Origin: Cycas panzhihuaensis
Lineage: Eukaryota > Plantae > Cycadophyta
Direction of reading: 5' to 3'
DNA: 64,000 nt
NCBI GenBank assembly: GCA_023213395.1
Contig: CM041465.1
Span: forward strand, 120,163,741 to 120,227,740
Shown here: positions 61,148 to 64,000 of the stretch, piece after piece
How positions within the stretch are numbered: position 1 is the stretch's first letter
Layout of the letters: each line of letters begins with the position of its first letter
Notes under the pieces: generated by a model
Database searches by the model: none
What the model saw: only the letters and a program-made list of their open reading frames with translations
What the model was told of the DNA's origin: nothing
Position numbers and translations under genes: made by a program

Positions 61148-62057
61148 TGTTGGAGGATGGATATCACTCACACATAAATGCTTGAGGAGAAGATCTTGAG
61201 GCTAATTACCCCTCTTGCACAAGGGTGCTTGAGAAGAACTGCTTGCACTAGAAGTTCTCAAGCGCAGTAACCCACAATTCACGAGTATATGTGGTATCTT
61301 ACACAAGTGCTTGAGATGGGCATAACTTTATACATGGTGATGTATGAAGAAGTCACCTAAGAATGGAATGAGAAATCACTTATGTAAATAAAATTGAAGA
61401 CCAAGGTGGACAATGCGCAAAGATGCACATTTGACCATCCCTCTTGATTTGTCATTTATCACTTAGGAGGTGTTCATAGAGATGAACCATTTTTACCCCT
61501 AGAAGTTGACTAGCACTAACTTTACATTGGTGAAGTAGAGTTAGGGCACCCTTGAGACGTGGATCTTTAAACTTGATAACTAATTATCCACCTAAAGGTG
61601 ATTAATTGGGTAATGAAGATACATGCATGAATAGCAATTGAGATTAGTGCCCCCTTGTGGAGGGAGAGATCATCTTGATCGTGGGGGATGGGTTCCAATG
61701 GACTTGACAACAATCTCCCAAGGAGGGGATTGTACATATGCCCAAAAAGGAGACCTAGGCACCATTCCTATATTTGGTGTTTGGGAGCACCACCACAAAG
61801 ATAGACATTGTAGAGAGCACCATCGCAAAGATAGACATTGCAAAGGGAGGACATGCCTTGCATGGTTCTAGCCCTATGCTAAGGGCAATGTGTATAGAAA
61901 TACCTTATAATGGGTTTATGTCACATAGCGACCTCTCATTCTACACCTACTCAAGAGACTTATCTTCACCTTCTGAATTTAATCGGATTAGCTCCCTAAT
62001 TAAAATTTTATCATTATGTTTCAAAATATGGAGGGCGAATTTCATGACAATCTAACA
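61148..62057 (+). mobile_element. Possible isolated LTR with an internal 30-bp tandem duplication (about 61785-61845)
   Basis: TGTTGGA...TCTAACA termini; no 5-bp TSD; left boundary uncertain. Confidence 0.4.
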
Positions 62058-62059
62058 TG

Positions 62060-62759
62060 TGTAGTAGATGTGTTTGGATTGTTTTGCATGGGGAAAGTCT
62101 CCTTCTTATGGCTATGAATATCTCTCTACACTCCCAATCTTGTTGTTGAAAGGAAAATATCGTAGCCATGGTTGAGCAACAATCTCTTAAGATGCCTCTT
62201 AATTCTTCTATGATAATTTTAACATGATAAGGATGAAGTTGATCTTATAAAGAGAAAGTATTATCACGAAGTCAATTTTTAGGAGGATTAAAGGGAGAAT
62301 CATTTATTATATTTATATTTTATTATGAAGTCAATTTTTGTAGAGAGAGAATTTAGGAGTTGGTTCAGGCAAGAGAAAATAAAGGCTATAAATAGGAAAG
62401 CCTTGTTCATTTGTAAAATAATCTTGGAAAATTCTGTTACATGGTATAATGGCTTCGTGCCACTAGGGCCACATGCCTACTAGAGGGTCATTCTCGCCTC
62501 AAAGATGATTCGTCAACCGTTGGACATTGTATTAGGTGCTACTGTTTTATGAATCTCATTCCCTATTATTTATATATGTTGTTGTTATCGCTATACACAC
62601 ACACACACATATATATAGATACATACATGCATATATATATATGTATACCTATATATACATATATATATGTATATATATATATGTATATATATATATGTAT
62701 ACATATGTATACATATATATATGTATATATATATGTATACATATATATGTATATACATG

Positions 62760-62830
<71 letters not shown>

Positions 62831-62857
62831 ACAGATATATATATATATATATGTATG

Positions 62858-62944
<87 letters not shown>

Positions 62945-62966
62945 GTGTGTGTATATATATATATAG

Positions 62967-63054
<88 letters not shown>

Positions 63055-63269
63055 TGAATGATGTTATAAGGGTTTATGGCTGTGAATACATGTTATCTAA
63101 TGTAGTCTGTTGGCATTGAAAAGTATTATTTGTGGTACATGGTTGTAATTATATCTGATCTATTGTAATTTAATGAACCCCACTGTGGAATATTATCTTC
63201 ATTATTTGTTGGAAATAGAACTCTTGCCTGCCATTTTATATGTTGGCCCGCTATAGCTGGTATCAGACC
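62060..63269 (+). mobile_element. 5' LTR (about 62060-63255) with TATA 62387-62394 and tRNA-iMet PBS 63258-63269
   Basis: TGTAG...CTATA (decayed CA) followed by GC and TGGTATCAGACC; CTATAAATAG promoter motif. Confidence 0.65.
62592..63054. repeat. Compound (TA)n/(CA)n/(TG)n microsatellite
   Basis: About 460 bp of almost uninterrupted purine-pyrimidine alternation. Confidence 0.99.
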
Positions 63270-63410
63270 CTTACTTTCGTCACTGCGAATAGAGTCAGAC
63301 CAGAGCTACATGTGGATATTTTTATGGCCAAAACCCTCTTGCCACCATTTTATATCAGGGAGTGTTCCAAAAAATGGGCCTATCTACCTAAGGTGTTTGT
63401 TTGAGGTTAA

Positions 63411-63637
63411 GCACAAAACCATTATACCACATAACAGAATTCTCCAAAGATTATTTTATAAATGAACAAGGCTTTCCTATTTATAGCCCTTATTTTCTCT
63501 CTCCTTGACCAACTCCTAAATTCTCTCTACAAAAACCAACTTCATAATAAAATATAATAAATGATTCTGTCTTTAATCCTCCAAAGAACTAACTTCATGA
63601 TAACAATTTCTCTTTATAAGACCAACTTCATCCTTAT
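63411..63637 (-). repeat. Inverted copy of 62227-62460, including the TATA box
   Basis: Reverse-complement match over about 230 bp with scattered substitutions and small indels. Confidence 0.92.
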
Positions 63638-64000
63638 TCTAGGAATGCTACAAAAGCCTTCTGTTAATAGCATTTGTGGAAAACACTTTAAGTGGCACCA
63701 ATGTGAGAAGGTTGTCTAGATGCATATGAAACCCATGCATGGGATTTTTGACCCTAATCATAATAAGTAGCATAAGGAGCACAATGTTGACTCAATATTT
63801 ATCCTACTGAGATATCCACTTGTCAAGGTTACCACTGTAGTCTAAGCTGTGTGCTCACGGTCAACATACATATTCATATATTAAATTATGCCTCATAAGT
63901 CCATAATATAATCATAAAACATGATAAAGCATCATGAATTCCTCATTATGTACACATAGATTCCACGTAACTCTGTAATTTCATTAAACAATAGTTAATG

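Noticed and set aside
62536-63061. Long Y/I/H/T/C/V-rich ORFs in several frames
   Set aside because: Translation artefacts of the TA/CA microsatellite.
62227-63637. Mutator-like element with 230-bp TIRs
   Set aside because: No 9-bp TSD, and an internal LTR end plus PBS favours an LTR origin; kept only as an inverted-repeat finding.

Overview
Gene-poor, AT-rich plant nuclear DNA made almost entirely of nested, decayed retroelements. The element types suggest a non-flowering vascular plant, but this is inference only. No intact host gene is present. From left to right: a PPR-gene relic next to a copia PPT/LTR; two divergent decayed accessory-type ORFs; an isolated LTR; a long-leader copia (A, +); a related copia (B, -) fused head-to-head to a non-chromoviral gypsy (C, +); copia D (-), interrupted by a Tat/Ogre-like gypsy E (+) that hosts a full-length chromovirus F and a full-length copia G; an isolated LTR; a third long-leader copia (H, -); copia and LINE fragments; an orphan MED6 exon; a near full-length L1 LINE with RNase H; another copia pol; and an LTR with a large (TA/CA) microsatellite and an inverted partial copy of itself. 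Most notable: (1) gypsy C has two extra capsid-NTD-like domains between protease and RT, plus three or four zinc knuckles; (2) all seven copia 3' ends place the PPT/LTR junction in the loop of an inverted repeat whose sequence varies between families; (3) the related copias A, B and H share an ordered motif cassette in long leaders, H carries a near-perfect 101-bp-arm hairpin, and B and H share the same 1-nt deletion in integrase. All calls come from manual reading and translation, with no database searches; unpaired boundaries are approximate.
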